NCBI GenBank assembly: GCA_902800045.1
Contig: CADCCZ010000001.1
Coordinates: 537,346 to 601,345, forward strand
Length of the DNA stretch: 64,000 bases
Origin: an uncultured Bacteroidia bacterium
Lineage (GTDB): Bacteria > Bacteroidota > Bacteroidia > Bacteroidales > ML635J-15
Direction: 5' to 3'
The position numbers and the translations under genes were made by a program. Under the pieces are notes generated by a model, which ran no database searches, was not told the DNA's origin, and saw only the letters and a program-made list of their open reading frames with translations. Below are positions 38,889-46,699 of this stretch, piece after piece; within the stretch, counting starts at the first letter, position 1, and each line of letters starts with the position of its first letter.

Positions 38889-39459
38889 TTTTATCCTTTT
38901 TGTTTCTTGAATTAATTTCGTCCCTGATGATTGATGCGTATTCGTAGTCTTCTTCGTCTATCGCGTTTTGCATCAGTTGGTTGAGCGCGTCCAAGTCGGC
39001 TTCCTTGAGGTTGAAGCAGTAGCGTTCGGAGTTGAGGTATTTCTCGTCTTCGGCGAGTATTACGCCAGCCTTATCGACGACTTCGGATGTGGTGAAAATG
39101 GGGCAGTTGAAGATTAGCGAAACTGCGATTGCATCAGAAGTTTTTGCTTCAACAAATTCGTGCTGTTCGCCACGGCTGAAGAATATGCGCGAGTAGAAAA
39201 TGCCTTCCTCGAACTTGTAGATTAGCACTTCCTCGGCGGTTATGTCGAACTTCCGCATCGAAATGGAGAACACTTCATGGATTAGCGGACGTGGCGTGTC
39301 CATGCTTGTGATTTTCTTTGCTATGGACTGTGCTTCGGTGGCGTCGATGACTACCGGGATACGCTTTTTGCTGTGTGCAACCGAGAGCACAACAACATAC
39401 GCACCAGTCATATTGTTGCTGTCAGCAAGTCCGTTAACCGTCAATTTTATTTGTTCCAT
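38881..39459 (-). CDS. bifunctional nuclease (DUF151/BFN) with C-terminal UVR motif
   Basis: AYVVVL...KRIPVVIDATEAQSIA...RPLIHEVF is the BFN domain. The C-terminus EEDYEYASIIRDEINSR is UvrB/C-like. Confidence 0.75.
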   Translation of the reverse strand: MEQIKLTVNGLADSNNMTGAYVVVLSVAHSKKRIPVVIDATEAQSIAKKITSMDTPRPLIHEVFSISMRKFDITAEEVLIYKFEEGIFYSRIFFSRGEQHEFVEAKTSDAIAVSLIFNCPIFTTSEVVDKAGVILAEDEKYLNSERYCFNLKEADLDALNQLMQNAIDEEDYEYASIIRDEINSRNKKDKNE

Positions 39460-39482
39460 AGCGATGGCAAAAGTAATAATAA

Positions 39483-39536
39483 TTTACGATTTACGAAGTA
39501 CGATTTACGATTTGATGATTGGATGATTTGAGGATT
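39483..39536. repeat. short-unit tandem repeats (TTTACGA x4, then GATGATT/GGATGATT/TGAGGATT)
   Basis: The sequence reads tttacga-tttacga-agtacga-tttacga-ttt-gatgatt-ggatgatt-tgaggatt, and it is intergenic. Confidence 0.85.
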
Positions 39537-39566
39537 AGCTTGCGCGAACTAAAGGTTGAAGATTTG

Positions 39567-39595
39567 AAACAAAAGGGACGGCGTTCAACCGTCCC
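39567..39595 (-). terminator. terminator of the DUF805 gene
   Basis: The minus strand has GGGACGG-ttgaacg-CCGTCCC followed by TTTTGTTT, about 75 nt after the stop. Confidence 0.7.
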
Positions 39596-39649
39596 ATAAT
39601 TGTTATTTGTTTCATCTAGCGAGTGCAAAGCATTGCGCCGCTACAATAT

Positions 39650-39712
39650 CCATTATTCATTGTCCATTATTCATTGTTCATTGTCCATTGTTAATTGTCC
39701 ATTCTTCATTGC
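39650..39712. repeat. degenerate tandem repeat of CATT(G/A)T(C/T) units
   Basis: The tract ccattattcattgtccattattcattgttcattgtccattgttaattgtccattcttcattg spans the stop codon and last codons of the DUF805 gene. Confidence 0.8.
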
Positions 39713-40234
39713 TTCCACTTCCTTCGGATTCGGACCGTACTGGTTTTCGCCTTTCTGTCCATCGATGCAACCAAGAATGATATACAATCCTAGAATAATC
39801 ATGTTGCAAATTGAATTGATTAGGCTGAATATTACGGCAATTGTCACCGAATCCATATTGAAAAGCACTATCAGTCCAAATATTGGCTGAATCAAAAGCA
39901 ACAACAGCCATGTTCCTTTTTGTCCAATATCGTGCAGCCGACGAACCGTAACCGCAAAATAAGGCAGTAACGAAGCCAGGGTGAATGCCGCACATACAAA
40001 GAAAACAATCCTTACCCAACCTTTTCCAATTCCGAAAAATACAAAAGGATTGGTCGTTATTGAATTGTACATACTGATACTAGAAATATTCTGCACAACA
40101 AGTCCAATACCTAAAACAGATCCCAAGACCAAGCTTATTATTGTATAAAACAACAGGAACATCCAATATTCCTTTCTTCTTGCCCTGCCCTTAAAGTCGG
40201 CATAGTGTTTCCAACATTTTAAAAAGTATTTCAT
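39671..40234 (-). CDS. DUF805 family inner-membrane protein
   Basis: The N-terminal FKGRARRKEYWMFLLF motif plus 4-5 TM segments is the DUF805 hallmark. Confidence 0.8.
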   Translation of the reverse strand: MKYFLKCWKHYADFKGRARRKEYWMFLLFYTIISLVLGSVLGIGLVVQNISSISMYNSITTNPFVFFGIGKGWVRIVFFVCAAFTLASLLPYFAVTVRRLHDIGQKGTWLLLLLIQPIFGLIVLFNMDSVTIAVIFSLINSICNMIILGLYIILGCIDGQKGENQYGPNPKEVEAMKNGQLTMDNEQ

Positions 40235-40280
40235 GATATTTTATGTTTTAAAGTTTCTATGTTTCTAAGTTTCTTGGTTG

Positions 40281-40300
40281 AGACGCAAAATTTTGCGTCT
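40281..40300. repeat. dispersed 20-bp perfect palindrome AGACGCAAAATTTTGCGTCT (copy 1 of 3)
   Basis: It is identical to the copies at 51880-51899 and 60640-60659. All three share the flanks TTG...(G/T)TACA. Confidence 0.9.
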
Positions 40301-40311
40301 TTACAGAATTG

Positions 40312-40536
40312 CTATTGTTCTTTGTTTTCTTTATTCTTTTGCCTTTGGCTGATGGCGAGCGTTACGACAAGTCCGAGAGATATTACAAACGACATTATTA
40401 ACGACATGACAACATCGCCTTTAAGTCTTTCAATGGTATAGATGCCATTCTCGAAATGGATTAAAATATAGCCAAATCCAAAAAATGGGAATGTAACAAT
40501 CCACAAAATGATGAAATACAAAAATTTCTTTGCCAT
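40312..40536 (-). CDS. hypothetical small membrane protein (2 TM)
   Basis: The 74-aa protein MAKKFLYFIILWIVTFPFFGFGYILI... has two hydrophobic helices. A TATATTTG box lies about 28 nt upstream, inside the longer ORF-track version. Confidence 0.45.
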   Translation of the reverse strand: MAKKFLYFIILWIVTFPFFGFGYILIHFENGIYTIERLKGDVVMSLIMSFVISLGLVVTLAISQRQKNKENKEQ

Positions 40537-40727
40537 AAGATTCAATTTTAAGTTAACTATTCGACAAATATACAAGTTTTTTGAAATTCAAAAGTGTCGT
40601 TTTGTTGTGCAAAAATAGTGATTTTTAGATAAGAAACAAAAAAAAGTAGAGATTTTTGAAAAAAATATTTGGGGTGCTGTGCAATATTTGCATAAATTTG
40701 CAGTTGTGCATAAAAAACAGGTAAATT

Positions 40728-41330
40728 ATGAAACATATAATTGTAATCTTGGCTTTTGTCGTGCTTTTCGTGGCTAATGCGCTTGTGTCGTTTGCCGGCG
40801 GTCATTTTCCGCCCAACGGCAAGAAGTGTGAAGTTGGTGGCAAGGTAATTTATGTTGACAAAACTTGTATGACTAATCTTGATTGGCGGGAAATGCTCTG
40901 GGAGTTTGAAAACAATCCTGAAATATTTACAGGTTCTGTTTCTGAAAATTGTGTTGATTCTGTAGTGTGGAAGCATGTGTATGGCGAGGGATGGGATATA
41001 AAGACTTATGAAAAGATTGACAAGTCCCCAGTTGTTGGTTTTACATTATATCAGTGCAAGAATTTTGCTGTTTTTCGTGCAACAGCAGTAATGGAATTGT
41101 TTAAATATGGCAAGTTCAAGCAGTATAAGGACACTAAGCTGGAATACTTTATGCTCTCGTCAGAGCAGTATGCCGAACTGCTGAAGCAGAAATGGTTTGC
41201 CAAGTCGTTTGCCGAAGGCTATGCCGAAATCACCTCCGACGGCAAGTTCGTGAAGGATGGCAAAATCCTTGATTCGGTTGATGATGGTAAGGTTACATTT
41301 AGGATGTATGCGGTGGTAATGTACAATTAA
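40728..41330 (+). CDS. hypothetical secreted protein
   Basis: It has a signal peptide MKHIIVILAFVVLFVANALVSFA and is 200 aa. I see a weak resemblance of PVVGFTLYQCKNFA to the FGE/SUMF1-type motif, which is unverified. Confidence 0.5.
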   Translation: MKHIIVILAFVVLFVANALVSFAGGHFPPNGKKCEVGGKVIYVDKTCMTNLDWREMLWEFENNPEIFTGSVSENCVDSVVWKHVYGEGWDIKTYEKIDKSPVVGFTLYQCKNFAVFRATAVMELFKYGKFKQYKDTKLEYFMLSSEQYAELLKQKWFAKSFAEGYAEITSDGKFVKDGKILDSVDDGKVTFRMYAVVMYN

Positions 41331-41384
41331 CAATTGATAATGTACAATGTAAAATTATAAATGGCATAAATTATCGAAAATTAA

Positions 41385-41508
41385 GGCTTTGGGACCTTCC
41401 AGCCTTTCAGCCTTTTAGTCTTCCTGCCTTTTAGTCTTCTAGCCTTCTGGTCTTCAAGCCTGTTAGCCTGTCAGCCTGTCAGCCTGTCAGCCTGTTAGCC
41501 TTCAAGCC
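41385..41508. repeat. pyrimidine-rich degenerate 8-mer tandem repeat tract ((C/T)AGCCT(G/T)T)n
   Basis: The tract reads ...cagcctttcagccttttagtcttcctgcc...gcctgttagcctgtcagcctgtcagcctgtcagcctgttagcc. It fills the gap between two convergent 3' ends, and no classical hairpin terminator is present. Confidence 0.85.
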
Positions 41509-41511
41509 CTT

Positions 41512-42207
41512 TTACATAAACACTTCAACGCTAATTCTGTAGAAATCTCCTTCTTTTTCGGGGCGCGACAGTGCAAAATGTGTTTCGAAGTCGTCGTCGC
41601 CGTATGGGGTTTGGATGTGTATCGGGTAATATTTGTCGTCCTGTTTTTCGTGTATGTAGTAGGTTGTACCGTCAATATCAATGGTTTTGCATTTCGAAGC
41701 CTTGTCGTAGAAGGCGTTTGCATCGTCCTTGTCGGAGAAGTTTAGGCTTGGGTTGGTTGAGGTGTCCTCGTTGAGTTTGTAGAAGCACGAATGTCTGGTT
41801 GTGCTTTTAAGATTGTAGCCTAATGTTTTCTTATCGGTCTTTTCAATGCCAAAGCCATATACGATTTCGTCTTCATCGACCTCTTCACCGATAATGACAT
41901 CCTTGTAAATCAGCGACATTCCGCTCTTTTCCTCAAAGCCATCCTGTAGGGTTAGCATTGACATTAGCTTTTCGAGCGAGAAATTCTTGCAGAATTGCTC
42001 GGCTTCGTCTTCGCGTTCCTGCTGTTCGGCGTCTTCGCGTTCTTCGTTCAACTTTGCCTCGGCTTCGGCCTTCTGTATGGAATCCTGACGAGCCGTCTCA
42101 AGCGAATCGGCAACGGTGTTATCTTCCTGCTGTTCAGCATTGTTTGAATTGTTGCAACCGATGGTCAGCAACATTGACAAGGCGGTTAACAATAAAATAT
42201 TCCTCAT
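41512..42207 (-). CDS. hypothetical lipoprotein with acidic coiled-coil linker
   Basis: The lipobox is MRNILLLTALSMLLTIGC-NNS, followed by an EQQEDN...EAEAKLNEEREDAEQQEREDEAEQ linker, 231 aa in total. The 633-aa ORF-track entry is an upstream antisense extension. Confidence 0.65.
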   Translation of the reverse strand: MRNILLLTALSMLLTIGCNNSNNAEQQEDNTVADSLETARQDSIQKAEAEAKLNEEREDAEQQEREDEAEQFCKNFSLEKLMSMLTLQDGFEEKSGMSLIYKDVIIGEEVDEDEIVYGFGIEKTDKKTLGYNLKSTTRHSCFYKLNEDTSTNPSLNFSDKDDANAFYDKASKCKTIDIDGTTYYIHEKQDDKYYPIHIQTPYGDDDFETHFALSRPEKEGDFYRISVEVFM

Positions 42208-42333
42208 AGTGTAATGCGTTTTTTGTCTGTGGAACAAAAGTACAATTTTTATGGGACTTACATAATTGTTTTCCAAAACTTTTTTCCTGTTTGCCATATT
42301 TTCATTTTCTTTGTGTTTTGAATTTTTTGACAG

Positions 42334-44523
42334 ATGAATGCCATTAGGAAAAAAGATACTCCGTGCAAGGAAAACCAGCCGGTTGCAGCAGGTACAATGT
42401 TGAAGGACAATGCCTTGGCTCGCAAGCGCGACATTATACTGAAAGTGATAATCGTTGTGTTCGGCTTTATGCTCTATGCCAACACTCTCGGACACGGCTA
42501 TGCTCTCGACGACACCGTTACAATCTGGAAAAACGAGTTTACACAGCAAGGTTTTACGGGCATAAAGGACATTCTGAGCTACGATACTATGGCGGGAATG
42601 TTCGGCAAGGACATGGACGAAGTCGCCGGTGGTCGCTACCGTCCGCTGTCGGTGGTAATGTTTGCCATCGAACTTGAGATTTTTGGCAAGAAGACCGAAG
42701 CGCCCGACTTTTCGGGCGACATTGTGGCGGCTCCTTTCGTTGGGCATTTCTTCAATGTGATATACTACTGCCTTCTTCTGCTGTTGATGTACCATGTGCT
42801 GAAAAAGCTTTTCCGCAACCATAAGCCACGCTACTGGTTCCTGAGCATTCCTTTCCTTACGGTAATGCTGTTTGCTGCACATCCGCTTCATACCGAGGTG
42901 GTTGCCAACATCAAGAGCCGTGACGAGATTATGGCGTTCATCTTCGGACTGCTGGCATTGGACTGTGCAATCAAGTTCTTGGAAAAGAGAGATTTGACGA
43001 GGAGAATATTGCTGTTGGTTGCCATTTTTGCTTGCATTTTCCTCGGCTCGATGTCGAAGGAAACCACTGTGGCGTTCGTATTCCTTATTCCGCTTTCGCT
43101 GTATTTCTTCTACGAGCCAAAGGTTTCCGATTATGTAAAAGTGACAATTCCTGCTTTTCTCGGAGCTTTGCTTTATGTTGTAATAAGGGCAAATGTCATT
43201 GTAAACCAGTTTGGTAACGAAGCAGAACTTTTGCTCAACAATCCATTCCTCAACATGACAGGCGGGGAGAGGTACGCTACGGTGACATATACACTGCTTC
43301 TGTATCTGAAGCTTCTTGTCTTCCCGCATCCGCTCACTTGGGACTACTATCCGTACCAGATTCCAACTATGCATTGGACTGACTGGCAGGTGATTTTGAG
43401 TCTGTTGCTTCACCTCGGAATGATTGTGGTTGCGATAGTTTACCTGATGCCGAGACGCAAGTCGGTGTATTCGTATGCGATATTTTTCTATGGTGCAACG
43501 CTGATTCTGCCGTCGAACCTGCTGTTCAACGTGGGTGCATTTATGGCCGAAAGGTTTTTGTTTATGCCGTCGTTAGGATTTAGCCTTGCCATTGCATACA
43601 CATTTGCCGAAGTTTTGCCCGAAAAGTTTCCCAAAAAGGAAAAGATGTGGCGCAACGTTACGATTGCGGTTCTTGGCGTTGCTGCGCTGGCATTTTCGGC
43701 AAAGACCATAACCCGCAATATGGACTGGAAGGATTCGTCAACGCTTTTTGCACACGATGTGCACGTCAGCGTAAACAGCATAAAGGGCAACAGCTCGTAC
43801 GCAAGCGACCTTTACACGCAGTCGGAAGGGGCGGAGAAGCGTGCTGCTAAGTGCCACGGTGCCGATAGTCTTGCCTATATTGCTCAGCGCGACAGCATTA
43901 TGCGCGAGGCGATACCGTATTTTGAGCGAGCTTTGGAGTTCGACAGCCTTAATTCCGAATCGTTGGTGCGTATTGGCAATATTTACTACAAGCTTGATAA
44001 CGACTACAATACGATGTTCAAGTATTACAAACAGGCTTTGCATTCCAATCCGCTTAACCGCGATGTGTGGAACAATACGGTAGGTGTGCTGACTTACAAT
44101 GTCGACAATCCTGAATACGAAAAGGCAATCTGGCGTGATTATGCCGTTCTTTCGCCCGACTACTACGAATCCTACTATCAGCTTGGCGAGATTTACTATT
44201 CGGCAAATCCGAAGCAGAACGACTCTGCGGTTTATTATCTGTCGAAGGCTTATTCGCTGAATACAAGCAAGTTTGAGATTCCGTTCCATCTGGGAATGTC
44301 GTATGGAAATTTGGACGACTTTACAAAAGCGAAGGAATATCTGCTCAAGGCCGATGCCTTGAAGGATGATGCCGAAGTGAAGAAGTTCCTTGGCATAATC
44401 TACGGCACCGAAGGCAATCCTGCTGAAGCATACAAATATTTCTCGAAGTCGGCACAACTGAATCCCAACGACCCGATAGTGCAACAGTACGCGGCGCAGT
44501 CGAAGATGGAGGCGGGGTTGTGA
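42334..44523 (+). CDS. polytopic membrane protein with C-terminal TPR repeats (TMTC/DUF1736-like GT-C glycosyltransferase architecture)
   Basis: The N-terminus contains GHGYALDDTVTIWKNE (a DD motif in the first loop). About 10 TM segments are followed by roughly 250 aa of TPR-like repeats (YYKLDNDYNTMFKYYKQAL..., AEAYKYFSKSAQLNPND). Confidence 0.65.
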   Translation: MNAIRKKDTPCKENQPVAAGTMLKDNALARKRDIILKVIIVVFGFMLYANTLGHGYALDDTVTIWKNEFTQQGFTGIKDILSYDTMAGMFGKDMDEVAGGRYRPLSVVMFAIELEIFGKKTEAPDFSGDIVAAPFVGHFFNVIYYCLLLLLMYHVLKKLFRNHKPRYWFLSIPFLTVMLFAAHPLHTEVVANIKSRDEIMAFIFGLLALDCAIKFLEKRDLTRRILLLVAIFACIFLGSMSKETTVAFVFLIPLSLYFFYEPKVSDYVKVTIPAFLGALLYVVIRANVIVNQFGNEAELLLNNPFLNMTGGERYATVTYTLLLYLKLLVFPHPLTWDYYPYQIPTMHWTDWQVILSLLLHLGMIVVAIVYLMPRRKSVYSYAIFFYGATLILPSNLLFNVGAFMAERFLFMPSLGFSLAIAYTFAEVLPEKFPKKEKMWRNVTIAVLGVAALAFSAKTITRNMDWKDSSTLFAHDVHVSVNSIKGNSSYASDLYTQSEGAEKRAAKCHGADSLAYIAQRDSIMREAIPYFERALEFDSLNSESLVRIGNIYYKLDNDYNTMFKYYKQALHSNPLNRDVWNNTVGVLTYNVDNPEYEKAIWRDYAVLSPDYYESYYQLGEIYYSANPKQNDSAVYYLSKAYSLNTSKFEIPFHLGMSYGNLDDFTKAKEYLLKADALKDDAEVKKFLGIIYGTEGNPAEAYKYFSKSAQLNPNDPIVQQYAAQSKMEAGL

Positions 44524-44536
44524 GAAGTCGAACAGT

Positions 44537-44590
44537 CTGACAGGCTTGCAGTCAAACGGGCTAACAGTTTATGATTGGATTAGCTGATGG
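44537..44590. repeat. inverted copies of the 41461-41500 repeat words plus GATTGGAT-TAGCT word shared with 39511-39540
   Basis: CTGACAGGCT (44537) and GGCTAACAG (44558) are the reverse complements of words in the 41461-41500 tract. ATGATTGGATTAGCT (44571) recurs in gatgattggatgatttgaggattagct at 39511-39540. Confidence 0.6.
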
Positions 44591-44695
44591 TGGTCTGTTC
44601 CTTGGTTCGACTGCTGTTGATTGCCTTGTGCTTCCGAAACTAATTTTTTACCTTTCCAGAAAAAACATTATCTTTGCAAAATTTTGCAGTATTTT

Positions 44696-45262
44696 ATGGT
44701 TGTAAAAAGTGTCATAGGAAAAATGGCGAAGATATTCGTTAGCCCGCGCCTTTTTTGGCAGAGGTACGAGTTTTCGTCGTTGACAGCAAAGGACTTGCAC
44801 GGCAAGGTTTATCCAGTGCTGATGTCGGCATTTTTTGCAATCGTGCTTTTCGGTTCAGCGCTCAACCGTATGCCCGAGGAGGGGTTCCCTATTGTTCTGC
44901 TCGATTCGGTTGTCATTACGTTACTGTTTGCGCTGACATACTTTATTGTAACTTTCCTCGAAAACTGGATTTGTCGAATGTATGGCGGCATCGAGTACCG
45001 CAAGTCGTCGATATTTCTGCTCGAGTGTATGCTCCCGTTTTATCTGTTGTATGCAGTTCTGGCAGTGTTCCCAAGTTTGTTTTTCCTTTGGATATTGGTT
45101 GCATACTGCTTATTCTTGATGTATTTTGGTGCGCTGTATTTCCTAAAGGTGGCCGAGGACAGGGTGATAATCTTTATGATATTGACTGCCCTGGCTATTG
45201 TGCTGGGGGTGGCGGTGTCTCTTACACTCGACGGAATTATTATGGGATTTTTTGTAGATTAG
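44696..45262 (+). CDS. Yip1-like multi-pass membrane protein (hypothetical)
   Basis: It has five hydrophobic segments and a TATCTTTG box about 20 nt upstream of the ATG at 44696. The family call is tentative. Confidence 0.5.
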   Translation: MVVKSVIGKMAKIFVSPRLFWQRYEFSSLTAKDLHGKVYPVLMSAFFAIVLFGSALNRMPEEGFPIVLLDSVVITLLFALTYFIVTFLENWICRMYGGIEYRKSSIFLLECMLPFYLLYAVLAVFPSLFFLWILVAYCLFLMYFGALYFLKVAEDRVIIFMILTALAIVLGVAVSLTLDGIIMGFFVD

Positions 45263-45263
45263 A

Positions 45264-45722
45264 TTGCTGGAAATGAAAAAGATAGAATATAAAAATAAGA
45301 AAGCGTTCTTCAAGTTCGAGTTTATCGAAAAATACACCGCAGGCATTGTGCTTACGGGTACTGAGATAAAGTCGATTCGCGACGGAAAGATAAGTTTTAC
45401 CGATTCGTACTGCGTTTTCAAGGATAATGAATTGTGGGTTACCTCGGTGCATATTGCGGAGTATTCGCTCGGCACCTGCAACAACCACGACCCCAAACGC
45501 GACCGTAAGTTGCTTCTTAATCGTAAGGAACTTAACAAGTTGCAGAAGAAAGTCGCAGAAAAAGGCTTGACGATTGTGCCAATTTCGTTGTTCCTCAACG
45601 AAGCGGGAATTGCCAAGATGGAAATTGCATTGGCTCGCGGTAAGAAACTGCACGACAAGCGCGAGGATATTAAGGATCGTGACACCAAGCGTGACCTCGA
45701 TAGAACAAGAAAAATGAAGTAA
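45264..45722 (+). CDS. smpB: SsrA-binding protein SmpB
   Basis: NKKA.F.F...E.YTAGIVL.GTEIKSIR.GK......SYC......ELW......I.EY is the SmpB signature, at 152 aa. Confidence 0.93.
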   Translation: MLEMKKIEYKNKKAFFKFEFIEKYTAGIVLTGTEIKSIRDGKISFTDSYCVFKDNELWVTSVHIAEYSLGTCNNHDPKRDRKLLLNRKELNKLQKKVAEKGLTIVPISLFLNEAGIAKMEIALARGKKLHDKREDIKDRDTKRDLDRTRKMK

Positions 45723-45823
45723 TGTAGATGGTTGGCGAAACGAAAATATTTTCAGTATGTAAGGATTGCTTACCAACTGCCGAGGATTTTTCGGAGGTTA
45801 TAGTTAATAAATAATTAGGCAAA

Positions 45824-46675
45824 ATGGCAAAAGAGACCGAAATAGTGTTATATAATCCAAACCAGTCGGTGAACATAGAAGTTCGACTAGAGGATGAAAC
45901 AGTATGGCTGACACAGGCTCAGATGGCATTGTTGTTTGATACTACGCCACAGAATGTAACTATGCATATAAGAGGAATTTATGGTGATGAGGAACTGCTT
46001 GAAAACTCAACTTGTAAGGATTTCTTACAAGTTCGTCAGGAAGGACAAAGGATGGTTACAAGAAAGCAAAAGATTTATAATCTTGATGTTATTATTTCTG
46101 TTGGCTATCGCGTTAAATCCAAGCGTGGCATAGAATTCCGCCAGTGGGCAAATAAGGTTCTGAAAGATTTTCTGTTGCGAGGCTATGCTATTAATAGTCG
46201 CCTTGAAACATTGGAGCAGAAGGTTGCTCGTCATGATGAGCAAATTCAGTTTTTCATAAAGTCTGCTACACCTATACCCGAAAAAGTTTTTATGGATGGT
46301 GAGTTTTACGATGCGTTCGCGTTGGTCCAAAAACTGATAAAGTCTGCTAAGAAAAGCATTATTCTTATAGATAATTATGTTGACGAGTCGGTACTAACAA
46401 GGATGAGCGAAAAGCCGGAGGGAGTATCGGTTTCCATTTATACAAAATCGGTAAGCAAGGCTATGGAACTTGCTGTAGAAAAGTTTAATAGCCAATATGG
46501 TGGCTTGAAGTTGAAGCGGTTTGCCGATTGCCACGACAGATTCCTAATTCTTGACAATTCGGAGATGTATCTTTTCGGCGCATCGCTGAAGGACTTAGGC
46601 AAGAAAATGTTCGCTTTCACAAAGCTCGATAGTTCGAGCATTGCCTTGGTAATGAGTAGAATAAAAGATGTTTAG
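45824..46675 (+). CDS. RhuM-family N-terminal domain fused to a PLD-like (HDRFLILD) C-terminal domain
   Basis: The N-terminal half, VWLTQAQMALLFDTTPQNVTMHIRGIY...YNLDVIISVGYRVKSKRGIEFRQWANKVLKDFLLRGYAIN, is the RhuM pattern. The C-terminal half has IILIDNYVDE...CHDRFLILDN...LFGASLKDLG, resembling an HxK/D phospholipase-D-type nuclease motif with R replacing K. Confidence 0.6.
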   Translation: MAKETEIVLYNPNQSVNIEVRLEDETVWLTQAQMALLFDTTPQNVTMHIRGIYGDEELLENSTCKDFLQVRQEGQRMVTRKQKIYNLDVIISVGYRVKSKRGIEFRQWANKVLKDFLLRGYAINSRLETLEQKVARHDEQIQFFIKSATPIPEKVFMDGEFYDAFALVQKLIKSAKKSIILIDNYVDESVLTRMSEKPEGVSVSIYTKSVSKAMELAVEKFNSQYGGLKLKRFADCHDRFLILDNSEMYLFGASLKDLGKKMFAFTKLDSSSIALVMSRIKDV

Positions 46676-46699
46676 ATGTGATTTGAAAAATTTGAAGAT

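Noticed and set aside
39600-39890. 96-aa ORF MLFVSSSECKALRRYNIHYSLSIIHCSLSIVNCPFFI...
   Set aside because: Its N-terminal part is a translation of the CATTGTC/CATTATT tandem repeat. The remainder is antisense to the DUF805 gene, which has the diagnostic GRARRKEYW motif.
40259-40441. ORFs 40259-40441 (+) and 51742-52038 (-), which contain the peptide ETQNFAS/QTQNFAS
   Set aside because: The shared peptide is simply the translation of the dispersed palindrome AGACGCAAAATTTTGCGTCT. The ORFs have no promoter or start context and overlap better-supported features, so I treat them as repeat-derived artefacts.
41512-43413. 633-aa ORF on the minus strand, the longest unexplained ORF in the track
   Set aside because: Only the last 231 codons (from MRNILLLTALSMLLTIGC at 42207) look like a real protein, with a lipobox and ordinary composition. 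The upstream 400 codons run antisense to the well-supported TPR membrane protein gene (42334-44523). Their composition is Arg/His/Cys-rich, as expected for an antisense shadow.
44755-45276. 173-aa ORF in an alternative + frame over the Yip1-like gene
   Set aside because: The sequence is Arg/Cys/Gly-rich with no hydrophobic periodicity. The 44696-45262 frame gives five clean TM segments and has a TATCTTTG promoter box at the right distance.
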